NCBI RefSeq assembly: GCF_964204645.1
Contig: NC_134033.1
Coordinates: forward strand, 12,036,655-12,100,654
DNA from: Tubulanus polymorphus
Lineage: Eukaryota; Animalia; Nemertea
Direction of reading: 5' to 3'
Length of the DNA: 64,000 bases
This document shows, one piece after another, positions 12,473-25,637 of this stretch; the stretch's first letter is position 1, and each line of letters begins with the position of its first letter. A program made the translations under genes and the position numbers. A model generated the notes under the pieces. The model was given only the letters and a program-made list of their open reading frames with translations, was not told the DNA's origin and made no database searches.

Positions 12473-15402
12473 ATAGTAATTGTAACTAAATATCTGCACA
12501 AGATACAGTATGTGACTCATATGTAAACTGATGACACCGCGACAGGCAGTTAGAGGCACAAACGACGGGTATGTCAACGGTATGTAGGTATGTCATCGTT
12601 GGTAATTTATATCTAATCAGATTACACGCTGTGTCACGGCAATTGCCATTCACGTTGCCATCAGTCAATCACTGCAGGTCGCGTCGCGTAAATAACATCC
12701 GCGCACACGACCCTGAATAACAGACCTATATCCAACAGACGACAACAACAATATCTATGCGATGAGTCCACAGCCACTATACTATAAAATTAAACCAGTT
12801 CGTTCTATAGTTGATGAACCCGGTGTCATTACACTTCCCCGATCAACCCAACTCGGTGCAAATGAACCCGCGTTGATTAATAGTTTCGACTAAAAATAGT
12901 ATCTTTATTGTTTCATAAATTTCTTTCAACTGAAATTTCAACGATAACGATCCAGAACAAGATGCCTGTATAACGTCAGACAATAGAAATTTACGGCACG
13001 TCATCGGGAGAAACGAGGCTGCGCAGAAAATTGTTACAACCTTCGTTAAACCCTGAAGGTTACGGATGTATATAAGATTATATGTGTATCATGTTGTATT
13101 CATGAATATGAAAATGATCAGCTCATATAACATGCACGAACGAACGAACGATGTGCGCGAATTTAAACGGTTATAATAATCTAAAAGGTTCTCCACCCGG
13201 GATCGGAGTTGACTTAGTAAACATCAGACTCGACAGAGTGTAAACAAATACACTTTAGGTTCATGGACAAGTAGGTCTATTTGCGTTAGCAGTTCATCTC
13301 CTGAGATGTGTCAGCTCCCTTTTAGATTTGCGTTTTGAGTGTACTACGTAAGAATGAAGAACGCTTCTCTCTTTCGAAAGACATTTTTCTTATCTGATAA
13401 AAGTATTGTTTCACTCATGGTGCAATGAGAGGGGATAGAAGTGAGGGACGGGAAGAAAGAGGAGGGAAGAGTTAGAAAGAGGGAAGAAGTGAGACGAAGA
13501 AAGATTGAAGAGATAGAGACAGTGAAAAGAGGGGTAGATTTAGAGGGGCATGTACTCCCCCCCCTTTTTTCAATCCAATATTTTTGAAATATTAGGTGAA
13601 TGTAAGGAAATGTGCCAGAATTCATTTTCTGAAAAAATTATTTTCAATTTAGGAAATGGCATCTAAAAAGCACCTATTTTTCTAAATTCCAAACCCCCAA
13701 TTGGCAAAGCAGTCGTGGGCGACAACAAATTACTGCCCCTTTCCATTTCGAGCTTTCTAGATCCGTAAAGATATGGGTTGAGGGAGGGAAGAGCATGCTA
13801 TAGAGGGAGGAGAGGGATAGGAGGGAGTCAGGAGGGAAAAACTCTTCCATCGGATTTGCGATAATTTGACATAATTGCCGCTTCAAAACAACTTCCGAAA
13901 CAAGCATCACCACCAGCCGCAGTAACAACACTCGAAAATTCGAGCAATAAGCTATTTTCTTCTGAAGCTTTCAACAAGTACTTCTAGCGAACTCATTTCT
14001 TCAAGGACTTCATCAAAATATCAGCACGTAGTATGTTTGTCATTTCTAAGTTTTTCATGTACGGGTACTAATCTCGAAGACAACTAACCTTCATCTCTCT
14101 ATTTCTCTCTTTGTGGCACAGACGTGATAGCAACTACCCAAAACTGACTACATATCTATCATTTCTTCGTCATTGCGTGATTAGATTGCAACATATCGTG
14201 TGTCTATCAGCCCTCAAGCCGCCCGAATCTTCCCCTGTCCCCTTTTTCGTCTGCCACACAAAAACTGTAACACTGGGATTCGAACCCAACAGTTTAGGAT
14301 TAGACATCCAATATGTCAAAACTCAAAATTCCGTACAGAAATCAACATCTTCCTATTCGAAAATGTTCAAGTATTTGGAGTATGAACAAATGACAGATCT
14401 GAGCGCTCACTTAAAATCGAAGTCTGGATGAATTTCGAGGGGGGCAAAAGGACACGATTTTGATGGCCCACCTCATCAAATCTTATATCATATGAAAGCG
14501 TAGTGTGTTTACAACAAAATAACACAAACTTGTAATACATAAATCAACAGTGAGCTGATTCTGTAACGTGATGAATGTGGATTATCCCTGAAATTTCGAC
14601 ATAGTGAAATTGCTGAGTGCTAATGGGTTAATCGGCAAAAAGATACGTCCGAATTCTCCCGCAAAAAACCCGGACATGAAAATGTCCTGAGACTTTCACA
14701 TATATACCATTATCATCTATATACAGAGAACGATTATATCACTAACGACTACATAACGCGCTCAGTTTTTAAACTTCATTCGTAAACGACGGAAAAAATG
14801 ACATTAAAATGCCATTAGTAACAAGTTATCAAGTCATATTGTATTGATTTCTCGCCGGCGGAATCTGGAATATCACTCGCGATATGCTTCATATAGCGAA
14901 TCACAATCGTGCAGAGACTCACGCGCGCGTACATACTCTATTCATATCCCGGAAAACTATCGCTTTTCAGCTAGATTTATAAAAACTCTTTGAAATTTAT
15001 TTCTTCTATCACAGGGCGGCCACTTTTACTTGACTTACTTTTTCCCTGACTAATCGCGACATGTACGTTGTTTTTCCTGACTTGATCTGATAAGAATCCA
15101 ATTAATTAACGCATAATTCGATGGACCATTTAATCGAATAGATCTAATCGAATGAAAATAAAATCAAATTGTTGGATCAGTTTCTTCAGAATCCCGCGGA
15201 AAGCGAAGGGTTAAGTTTTGCGAGGCGACCTTTCCGTTTGAAGCCAATTTGAGGTAAACATCGGTAGATGTTACACTACCGCATATAACGAACTCCGAGA
15301 GAATTGGCAAAATTCGATTTTCCGTACGATCGATAAATCTTCATATCCGTTAATAATCAAATTTTATCATCAATTGGGTCAAATTTTCAGGTAATACGTA
15401 GT

Positions 15403-15945
15403 ACAGGATTCCTACAAATCAGTCATTCCTGGATCTAAGGAGTTTTAACAGGATCCCTACAAATCAGTCATTCCTGGATATAAGCAGTTTTAACAGCGTC
15501 CCTACAGATCAGTCATTCCTGGATCTAAGGAGTTTTAACAGGATCCCTACAGATCAGTCATTCCTGGATATAAGCAGTTTTAACAGCGTCCCTACAGATC
15601 AGTCATTCCTGGATCTAAGGAGTTTTAACAGGATCCCTACAGATCAGTCATTCCTGGATATAAGCAGTTTTAACAGGGTCCCTACAGATCAGTCATTCCT
15701 GGATATAAGCAGTTTTAACAGGAACCCTACAGATTAATCATTCCTGGCTCTAAGGAGTTTTAACAGGATCCCTACAGATTAATCATTCCTGGCTCTAAGG
15801 AGTTTTAACAGGATCCCTACAGATCAGTCATTCCTGGATATAAGGAGTTTTAACAGGATCCCTACAGATTAATCATTCCTGGCTCTAAGGAGTTTTAACA
15901 GGATCCCTACAGATCAGTCATTCCTCGATCTATAAGGAGTTTTAA
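15403..15945 (+). repeat. 45-bp tandem array, about 12 copies (ACAGGATCCCTACAGATCAGTCATTCCTGGATATAAGGAGTTTTA)
   Basis: Direct tandem periodicity. The same family occurs inverted at 27248-28363 and as a monomer at about 16373-16420. Confidence 0.97.
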
Positions 15946-16652
15946 AGGAGAAAATTTCATCACTTTCATATTATCCCAATTACAGTAGACTCCTTCTAAA
16001 TCCTCCTGTTCATTTACTGAAGTAGGTTTCTGTAGTTATAACCGGCGTATAAATTACTAACTATCAAAGTAACAGGGAATTTACCGGTTAAACAAGCCGA
16101 CAACAGCGTATGTTACTGGGTGTTAATTCTACAGAGCGTGTGAGCGGAGAACAACAACAACAACAACAACATTCAACAGCAACTGAAATATACCGACAAC
16201 GCCGTGTCATCTTAGGCCTCACGCACGCTTTCACTCTCGCCCACGCGGGCTACGGGCTTTCATAAACTTCTGTTCGCATTAATGAACAGATTTGACCCGC
16301 CCTCGCGCCATACGCATGAAAATAGCGCTGAATCAAATCGGGATACAAGATCTTTCAACGTCAGTATCCCCCACAGGATCCGTACAGATCGGTCATTTCT
16401 GGATCTAAGGAATTTTGATAAAGGATTCACTCGAGGAAGTGCTCGCATCCCAATTACAGTAGACTCCTCCTAAATCGGTGACTGTTTATCTCGGTAAACC
16501 ATTTAATTTGGTGGTTTTGTAAACTAAGTTTTCATCTTTAACGCTACCTAAATTCGGTTTGTAATTAGGGAATTAAAATGGCGATTTAATAATCCCAGAG
16601 ACTCGACTTGCTCCCACTGGAAGTAAAACACAAAGAAATAATCAACACTTAC

Positions 16653-16711
16653 TTTCCGATGATTTCGCAAATATCGTAAACCTGATCGAATAGAACTTCT
16701 TCCTCAGCCAT
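16653..16711 (-). CDS. CASK: CASK (LIN-2, CaMK-domain MAGUK), first coding exon; the rest of the gene lies to the left, probably beyond the window
   Basis: Reverse strand reads MAEEEVLFDQVYDICEIIG(K), matching the CASK N-terminus (human [20 protein letters not shown]). 59 coding nt end at a GTAAGT donor (16652-16647). A polypyrimidine/CAG acceptor puts the exon start at 16725. Exon 2 (GPFSVVRRC...) was not found in 1-16650. Confidence 0.88.
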
Positions 16712-16800
16712 ATCCGATGTTAATCCTGGCGGGAAAAAAAAAGAAAAATTTCTGTATAATTTAACAATCTGGTTATTTCTATATATGTAACGCATATATA

Positions 16801-16805
<5 letters not shown>

Positions 16806-16861
<56 letters not shown>
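16806..16861. repeat. (AT)n microsatellite
   Basis: About 28 AT units, about 80 bp upstream of the CASK ATG-exon acceptor in the direction of transcription. Confidence 0.95.
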
Positions 16862-16865
<4 letters not shown>

Positions 16866-16990
16866 ATTTATTCCTGTACATTTTTTTCTATCGCGCTTGA
16901 ATTTCCGTTTAAATTTTAAATTTTAATCATCTAAACCCGAAGCGAATGTTTTAACGTAATTATATCGCCGTTTGAATGTAACCTTCAGCA

Positions 16991-17145
16991 TTGGTAGCAT
17001 CGGGACTGTAAATATTTCACCTAGTTGAGAATCAAGGAATTCGGTAGCATTGGGACTATAAATATTTCACCGAGTTGAGAATCAGGGAATTTGGTAGCAT
17101 TAGGGCTGTAAATACCGCCGAATTAATTATCAGGGAATTCGGTAA
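16991..17145. repeat. About 50-bp tandem repeat, about 3 copies
   Basis: GGTAGCAT..GGGACT.TAAATATTTCACC.AGTTGAGAATCA.GGAATT repeated. Confidence 0.8.
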
Positions 17146-19557
17146 CTAGAGGGAAATTGAACATTTTCCAGCATGGATTTGAGTTAAATTTACCGAGTTG
17201 ACCCATACCGAGAAGGGAAGAGTTTAGCCTACTGCTCTATTTCTTTACATTTTAAATATTCATATGTGTACCTCACATAAAACGGACTACCTGGTGTATA
17301 TACACTATTCACTAACCCTGCGTGTCTTCAAACACAATGCAATCAAATAGGCCTAATTTATAATTAAAATGATTTAGATCTGATTAAAACCTCGTGGCCT
17401 ATTTTGTGCCAACCGATTTAGCTGAAACTCTGTCGACCTGACAATCGCCGGAAAATTTAAATTCTTATTGGGCAGATATAGGACGATAAAAATCACGGAT
17501 CTACACATTGTGTAATCTAAATTCATAACATTTTCTAGAATTCAGTCGAAGCTAATCCCCACTTAAATCAGGTCATTTGTAACCGATGAAATTAATCTGG
17601 TATAGGAAAAATATGGATGGGCCTAAAACTTTGTTAATTTGTATTAAGCGGACGTTGAATGATATAGGCCCTAGGCCAACGCATTTGATTAGGCCTATAT
17701 CATTAGGAATGATTCGTTGAATTAGGAGCTAAACTTGGATTCGGACTAAAGGAACCAGTTACAACTTATCAAACAACTTAAGAGCAGTCTTATGATTTAA
17801 ATGAAATTTAGGACTGAAATTATGATTGCGCAACTGTGTCCAGTCCTTAAACATTCGCTTAATACTTGTGAAATATGGGTAAAAATCCTCTTATATTTTT
17901 CAGTTTGATTTCTTTAAATCTCTTTTAAATTCTTGTTTTGTAATGAAGATGCTTTCATAGTTGGATAAATTGGAGCTTTCCACTTATTAGGCAACTCCAA
18001 TTAGATACTCTAGCAATCAGAGAATGATAGAGTTTTGATTAACGGTAAGTGAATTAGGTCTAGTAGAGCATTTGACAACTAGTCACACTAAGCCTGACTG
18101 GTCACCACAGCTGACTGGTCAGCACAATTAATTGGATACTTTGTTGAATAGGACACTTCCCCAAACTATCTAGTGTGCCATAACTCAAGTGTAGATGGTG
18201 GCACTCCATGTAGACCTATGGGTTAGATTAGTTGGATTCAGATTGCAGATTTGAATTTAGGCGTGGTTGCTCTAGAGATTTTACATTTTTTGAAAGAGGT
18301 AAGGCTTATTTGTTTATCCAATGCTGAGAAACATTTGAAGCATTACGTATTTGTATTAGGCCTTTCAGGGACCAGTTCCTGAATAGTTGGTTTAAGATAA
18401 CGGGTAGATAAATACCATAGGCCTATTAGGCTAACAATGAACTTTTAATTATTACTATGTCAATTATCCACTGGTTACCTTTGAGCAACAGGACCCAGAT
18501 GTATGACTTGTTCTGTATAAGATTTTATAAGTTATATGCAAGTCGAATTTTGTTGATTTTAAATCGAAATAACATATCTGTTTGTCTTGATTTTAGTTGG
18601 TGATTCTGGATATTACCACAGCAAGAGTGAGCTTTAAAATGGTTTCTACCTAAATCAGAGTTCAATGGATCCCGGGCAAAGGATACTTCACGAAAAAGAG
18701 CCTCTCGATAGCGACCTATTGCGCAATCGTGAAATAGGAAATAGGAACCAGCCGCGATTTGTGTTAAGGACTACAAACTATGACTAAAGATCTACAATTA
18801 GATTTCAAAGGAATTTTGAACAGTAATAAAATCGCTAGGACCTGGGATTCTACAATTTAAGAGCAAGATGACCGAGGTCAGATGGCACAAATTATTCCAG
18901 CTGGCACTATACACAAAGTGAATTCAGGCCCAATTTCCTAAAGACACACTAAATTTTGACTACCGAGAAGGCCCTAAATCATAAATATAGGTAGGCCTAT
19001 CAAGTAAAATCTTGTTGCGCAACAAACTAGGCACTTTTTTCAAAAAAATACACAATCTTTTTATATACCACTACCAAATTTTCTCTAAGCACAACCTACA
19101 GCCCTGGGGTGGACCTTTTTATATGAGGACCGAAGCCAGAGGGCTCGATAGAGTTGTAGGAAGGCCTACTGAAAAAACAGATTATCTGTTAACGTTGTGT
19201 GTCTATATATGAAATAAATTCTACACATATTATAGACACAGGATTAACAGATTATCGTTTCAACAGTACCTAGGCTACAACACGTACGAGCCCCTAAGTC
19301 GGTGGCCGAAACCTTCCGCAAAAAAGCAGGCACCCTGTGCCGAGATAGTCAGCGGAACTTTCGATTCAATTTCATCAATGAAGGAAGCCCTATTGGGCCT
19401 CTGCGCAATTCTAAAAACACAAGGTCGAGTTGGTCGGCATCGAGGGTCGGGGAAAGAGGATCAGCTGGCTGAGATAGTTGAGACTAAATAAAACAGAGTG
19501 GGGCCAGCGCCGAAAGAAACGGGAGAATTAGCGAACACACAAACACACAACGATTAC

Positions 19558-19830
19558 CTAAAACATATTCAACGCATCAAAAACAAAAGGTTGATTCGTT
19601 TAAATCCGAAATTCGAATGAAACAGGCTGAAATAGGTGTAAAACGGCGTGCAAATGCCGAAACGAACTGACAGTGACAGCTCTCTCCAAAATCACTTCCG
19701 CATTGAGTCACCGCTCACGCATGCGTCATGGAAGCAATCTGCGACGCCAGTATGGTCCGCTAGATGGCGAGTTGGTTGAAGTTGGGAGCCATCCATCCGT
19801 CGGTATCTGCGCTGAAATTTCGTATTCATT
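19558..19830 (-). promoter_or_regulatory. Probable CASK promoter and non-coding first exon
   Basis: The CASK ATG exon starts at an acceptor, so an upstream UTR exon must exist. There is a minus-strand GTAATC donor at 19557. The CpG-rich stretch holds an ETS-like CACTTCCG (~19693), an AP-1 TGAGTCA (19704), an NRF1-like CGCATGCG (~19718) and a CTCF-like CCGCTAGATGGCG (19757-19769). Confidence 0.45.
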
Positions 19831-19875
19831 AGACACTTTTTGACGCCAGGGAACCACTTGGGGGACGACCATCTG

Positions 19876-20092
19876 GACCCAGTTCCACAGTTGTGAGTTG
19901 GAGTTAACCCAGGCCCCAGTTTCACAAAAAGGATTAAGGTCTATCGATTTAAGATAAACTGAATTGACGATGAAATTAAAATCGAATTAAAGAGTTAGAC
20001 CATTTTGTGAAACTGGGCCCTGAGTTAAAGTTAGTTCATTTTCAATGAGTTAACTCGGAGTCAAATCTTAATTCAAAACTGTGTGGAACCCC
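19876..20092. mobile_element. Short TIR element with a second TIR element (19910-20022) nested inside it
   Basis: The outer element matches the uninterrupted copy at 38179-38287. The inner CAGG(C/G)CCCAGTTTCACAAAA ... TTTTGTGAAACTGGGCCCTG matches the copy at 40325-40401. Confidence 0.7.
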
Positions 20093-20824
20093 TGGATTTG
20101 TCGAGGAGTTAAGTCAAAACTCCTCCTCTGTTCAACTTACGTAAATCAGTCTCTCATAACGTTGCCCTAGATGCCAAATATTGGCCATGCAACGTTCATA
20201 ACTTGAACTGGAACTGACGCCGAAAGACCTTTACGCTAATGTTCTTATACATTGATAACTACTAAACGTAAAATCCCAAAATCGTGAATGGCAAAAATAG
20301 TAGAGATATTTGGGGTGGTTGCTACCACTTCTTCAGTCTAGATATAACAACGTCAAATCAGACACGAAATACTGGACATAGTAGGTTATGGGGACCAGAT
20401 TACTGACGTGTTTTGAAAGGAGTTTATTGTGAGAATGTACAGTGATTACAAATCAAAGCAGATTCAATCCTTTTTGAGATTTTTTTTTGGAAAAATATTG
20501 ATGATTCTGATATTCACTAATATCCCCTGGAACCTTCTCCAGAAAATATCAAACGGATTACCTTCACTTTCGGATTTTTCTTACAATTTTTTTGGAATTT
20601 TACATGGTAATATTGTGCCGGTTTGAATGGATTTGATAAAGTATTGTGCGTCGGTGAGTTTTTGTCGCGTGTGATGCCTGTTTTACGGTTTTTGTCATCT
20701 TGCATCCGGTCCTGATAAATCCACGCATAGGTTGCAAAACTTACGAATTTATAATGGCTTCTGGTTCCTACAGAGTTCGTGGTTGATAAGTAAGGTTAAT
20801 AAGTTGATAAGTAGTAATTTAAGG

Positions 20825-21216
20825 ACGTGCGGCAGTTGTGCTCTTCCAGTTCACATCTCGCTCGATATGTACCATACCACCTAAATTCGCTCGCTTCGCG
20901 CCAGTGTTGATTTAATGCTCAAGTAACAGATATTTGCCCAGCATTGCGGGGAGAGTTTTCAGACCAGTTTGTTATGGGATGTAACAATTAAATCTGACAA
21001 GTCATCATTTTTCATCACACTTAACACTTACACTTTTATTCTGTCTTAACAGCCATTCTCACATTCTGTTATTCAGAGGTTGAAACTACAAAATCAAAAC
21101 GTACAACGTACGATAATGCTTGTAACAGTTTCGCAATCTTCACACTCCCTAACACAATGCTGTATTTTTACCAATCAGGCCAGAACAGACCGAATTCCTA
21201 ATAGATAATTTCATTG
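20825..21216 (+). pseudogene. Decayed partial duplicate of the downstream GPCR (about TM3 end to TM6/ECL3)
   Basis: Colinear near-identical blocks with 22106-22550, e.g. ACGTGCGGCAGTTGTGCTCTTCC, GACCAGTTTGTTATGGGATG, CAAAATCAAAACGTACAAC, ATGCTTGTAACAGTTTC, CCAGAACAGAC. Indels are present and there is no long ORF. Confidence 0.85.
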
Positions 21217-21707
21217 GAATCGCTATCAAGTATCGGACGCAGAAAAGGCGTTTTCTATACCATAGCTGTAAAATATATCCCTGGATATATATGTGAATTT
21301 CGCAAAAAAAAACTACTAATACTAAATATATATACATATGATATGTAACAATGCAATGCGCTTTAGTTCTCCGGTGCTTTTTCAAACTCAATTTATTCAA
21401 ATTTTGATTTAGCATCATTTCAGTGAGTTATAGTGAATGTATATCTATAATCATCTTTAACACAATAAAATTTTTACAAATATGAGTAAATTGTGTTAGA
21501 CTCCTCACATTGTGAAATAATTTGTCTCATGAATAGCTGCTGCCATAAATCATCGTTATATATATATATGGATTTCATTCACGGTAAGTTATTTTGTCAG
21601 CATTTGTTGCGCGCGCACGCACGGCCACACCTTGTGCAGTCACTTCGCATTCCTAGAATTGATGTCTAAGATACCGAAAGCCAAACTCCGATGTTTCTCG
21701 CGGAATC

Positions 21708-22661
21708 ATGAATTTTACTCAGACGCAAATTGCAAGACCTTATATCAGTTACATTCTCCTCCTATATGTGGAAAGAAAGTCTGGTATCCACCGTACCGTT
21801 TTATTGGTCATTCTGCTTATCTGGTTCCTGTTAGGAGCCTTCGGAAATTCGGCTACTTTTCTGATAATGATAAGTCGCAAATTCCGGTGTCTATCTTACG
21901 CTAACTATTTGATCGTTTTATCAGTCAGCGATTCTTTGTACTGTATCAGCTATACATTAATGCCTGTTTTACAGTTTGTTCTCTTGCATCTTAAAACTGG
22001 CCCGATATTCATGATGAATTCGCTGATCAGTTGTCAAATATATGATTCTCTGATGGATTCTATGGGAGCGTGTAGTGCTTGGTTAATCGTAGCTATATCT
22101 CTAGAACGTGCGGCAGTTGTGCTCTTCCCGTTCACATCTCGTTTGATATGTACACCTACATTCGCCCGATGCGCCATTTTTTGCATTTTCGTAATAAGTG
22201 TATTAGTAACAGTTGTTCGCCCAGCAATACTATTGAAGTTTTCCGACCAGTTTGTTATGGGATGCTACAATAAATTATCCGACCAATCGTCACTTTTTAT
22301 CACATTTGTCACGTATGCTTTTATTCTGCCTTTGACGGCCATTATCACATCAAATTCTGTTATAATAATTCAGTTATTCACAGGTTCAAAAGATGTTTTG
22401 TCCGATCAGAAAACTGCAAAATCAAAACGTACAACAATGATGCTTGTAACAGTTTCACTAGTATTTGCAATATTTACACTTCCAACCGCTATTACTGTAT
22501 TTTTACCAATCTCACCAGAACAGACTGAATTCCTCATAGATATTTTCACTATGTTCGAATTGAGTAATTATGTTGTTAATTTTTACATATATCTTTTACT
22601 GGGACGAGAAATTCGTGAATATTTCTGTATGAAAATCTGCTGTATGATTCAGTATGAATAA
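21708..22661 (+). CDS. Intronless class A (rhodopsin-like) 7TM GPCR, peptide-receptor-like/chemoreceptor-like orphan, 317 aa
   Basis: TM1 GxxGN, TM2 LSVSD, Cys at the top of TM3, SLER in place of DRY followed by VLFPF, TM5 ILP, TM6 FTLP, TM7 NFYIY in place of NPxxY, and a helix-8 EIREYF. Confidence 0.88.
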   Translation: MNFTQTQIARPYISYILLLYVERKSGIHRTVLLVILLIWFLLGAFGNSATFLIMISRKFRCLSYANYLIVLSVSDSLYCISYTLMPVLQFVLLHLKTGPIFMMNSLISCQIYDSLMDSMGACSAWLIVAISLERAAVVLFPFTSRLICTPTFARCAIFCIFVISVLVTVVRPAILLKFSDQFVMGCYNKLSDQSSLFITFVTYAFILPLTAIITSNSVIIIQLFTGSKDVLSDQKTAKSKRTTMMLVTVSLVFAIFTLPTAITVFLPISPEQTEFLIDIFTMFELSNYVVNFYIYLLLGREIREYFCMKICCMIQYE

Positions 22662-22930
22662 CAATTGTTTCCAAGTCTTTACCAATTCACGCGATCTTCT
22701 CTGGGATATCTCATATAGCCGCCGAGCCCTGCTAAATGTATTGAAAAAAGAATTGTGTTACAGTGGAGGCGGTTGGAGGCCGCAAACCGCAAACAAACAC
22801 TACTAATTAGTAAAAGTATTTAACCCTGAAACTCAATTTTAAAATTCCTATCATAATTTACTGATTTAGAAAAAACGGCGGCAACGTGGCCATGAAATAG
22901 AATTTGTGGGGTTCGAACTGCTTGGAACTT

Positions 22931-22940
22931 GTGACGTCAC
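22931..22940. promoter_or_regulatory. Palindromic CRE/ATF site upstream of SF3B5
   Basis: GTGACGTCAC, about 150 bp upstream of the SF3B5 ATG; function is inferred. Confidence 0.35.
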
Positions 22941-23086
22941 TAGCCATCAACCAAATCAGGCTTTCAATCTCTTGGTTTAGCGAAGAGAGAACCGGCTCAA
23001 TAGCACCATCTCAGAAACTGTGGTCGATGAGCAGTTTTTGGATTGTTACCACATGAAACGAATAGATATTTGAATAGGGAACGATC

Positions 23087-23804
23087 ATGGGTGACCGATA
23101 CAATATTCACAGCCAGTTGGAACATTTACAATCCAAGTATATAGGTAAGTTAAATTCAACAACTTGAATCAATTCAATTAAAACTTTATTGATCCTTATG
23201 TTAATAACAAAGAGTGCATAGTAGTTTTAAGTGGACCACGTCTAAATCATAACTGTTTTTTGACCATATTAAGCGGTTACCGAGGTCAGTGTAAAGGTAA
23301 AAAGACTTGCTTATGAAACCACTGAATAAACGGTTTACCAAGATGAACAGTATCATATCAAAAGTATCGATTTATTTAGGATAGACTAGAGAGGAGTCTA
23401 CAAGTAATTGTGATATGAAAGTGGTACAGATACTTCCTTGAAATTTGAAGTGTTCTCCTTAAAAAACTCCTTATATCTAAATTAAAAATGACTGATGTTT
23501 TGGGACCATGTTGATAGAATTGATTAGCGAGATCTTTCTTCCAGTCCACTAAATGGTTGCTGGTCGTGTGTATCACTCTCACTCTGTTATCTTCTCTCTA
23601 CCAGGAACGGGCCACGCCGACACTACAAAATGGGAATGGCTGACCAATCAGCATCGGGATAGCAACGCGTCGTACCTCGGACATTTTGATCTGATCAACT
23701 ATTTCGCTTTGGCAGAAAACGAAACGAAAGCGCGCATCAAATTCACGTTGATGGAGAAAATGTTACAACCTTGCGGACCGCCTCCCGAGAGACCGGAAGA
23801 TTAA
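23087..23804 (+). CDS. SF3B5: Splicing factor 3B subunit 5 (SF3b10); exons 23087-23144 and 23605-23804
   Basis: Spliced product MGDRYNIHSQLEHLQSKYIG/TGHADTTKWEWLTNQHRDS...FALAENETKARIKFTLMEKMLQPCGPPPERPED matches SF3B5. Phase-1 GT-AG intron. AATAAA at 23947-23952. Confidence 0.97.
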
Positions 23805-25637
23805 GCTCATGGAGCCGTTTTTAAATTCCGGGCGTGAAAATGAAAAACAATGATCGAATATTCTCGTACAATTTGAGCGTTATTCGAAAAATCTTGCGTA
23901 AAAATGTTTTCAAGTAAAATCACAAAATTCTACAAGGATTTCATTCAATAAAGAACATTTTTTTAAATTTTGACTTGGTCGTTGACGTCGTTGATATAAT
24001 TGAGATCTCACAATGGGTGGAGGATTTGAGGAGCCTGAAGGAGGGAACCTAGTTTTTATCACAAGTAATCTGAAATATATCTATCATTGTGTTCGTTGAT
24101 CAAATAATCAAACACTAAACACGCATCATCACCACTGGGGTGAAATTTATTGCTCCAGTAAGATTCTAGGAAAGTGTTAACAGAAAATCTTCGGGAATAA
24201 AAATTAATTTTCTTGCAATTCTTTCTGTGGTAGGTGAGTCAACCGCTTTACCGGATGCTAATACATTCGCTGAGCAAAGAGTTCTATTAAAAGTTGCTTG
24301 AACATCAATTTAAAAAGCAGTTTCCCCTTAGACAAAGCTTAAATGTTCATACAATTGTCTATTCCAAACCAACTAATGGTTGAGTGCTTAACGAAATGTT
24401 TCTTCAAATATCGGTATTCTTCACATGCCACAGTAGAATGTCGAGACTGCGATAGATCTGAACCGTTCAGTGCTGCCCCTATGAATAACGATAGCGGAAC
24501 TTCTGTGAACTAAAATAGTGCGCAGCATTTACTCTAGTAATATATATTTCCTTATTACGTACGATACGGACCAATGTGGCGCCTAATTCTAATAAACTAT
24601 GATACTAAGAATCCTAATCCTGATACTAAATTTTATATAATATTACTTTCCATATTGTTAGGTAACTTTATTCTATTTTTCTAGCAAAATCCTCACTGGC
24701 TCATCAATACATTAGAGTAGATTATTCATTTCTGATTGAATGATCATTCATCCAAAACATTGCTCATAGAATCATGAATTGGAAGAATGGTGAAAAGGTA
24801 TCATTGTTTGAAGGGGTGTATTATCCAGGCAGCCGGTTGATAAGAGCATTAGACTAATGAAACCACCATATATCTGTACGTGCACTACAAATCAATAGTC
24901 AATTTACTCGATAATAATCATAAATCATTTTATTTTACGTAATAAAGGGTTATAGAATAATTTCAAGATAAGTATTTCTTTACAAGTAGAATTAATTTCA
25001 TACATTCATCCAATACATATTCATAATAATAATAATAATCTTCTGTGAAAAGCTTCCACATGTTATTTGCATGTACATCACATGACTAGAGTCATTTTTA
25101 TAAGCATTTGAATTTTGCGATCGATTTCCCGGACGACCTATGAGTAGTCCACACTGCGGTGTAGACACACTGCAAGTCAGAGGCTGATTCAATTCATTTT
25201 CAATTGAATTAACCCGCTAGGCTTGTTTTAGACCCAGGGTTCAACTTTAAATGAATTGAGTTGACCCCTGTGATAAGAGTTTACATCAGTTTTTATGATT
25301 GGCCGCAGAAATGTGAAAGATGTTACTGAGGGGTATACCATTGATTAGTCATCCATTTGGATTCTTTCATTATTCAATAGTGTCCCTCGAAAAACTCCTT
25401 TATCTTATTATCGATAACAGAGGTGTCAGCAGCCCTGCAGATCCGTCAACTACTAACACGCCACCATCTTGGAAATCAAATGCTCTAGTTGATCGCAGAA
25501 ATCAGAGTTTCTTTAGTTGATCACAAAAATCAGATGCTCGTCAAAACGCTGTTAGATATCATCCATGCCGATGATCACTCGCGCGATAACACAATGAAAA
25601 GTACCGCGTAGGAATGTCTGGTTGCGAAATATTGAAT

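Noticed and set aside
10645-12577. Pro/Ser/Leu-rich ORFs in several frames
   Set aside because: They are translations of C-rich and GA-rich minisatellites, open in multiple frames.
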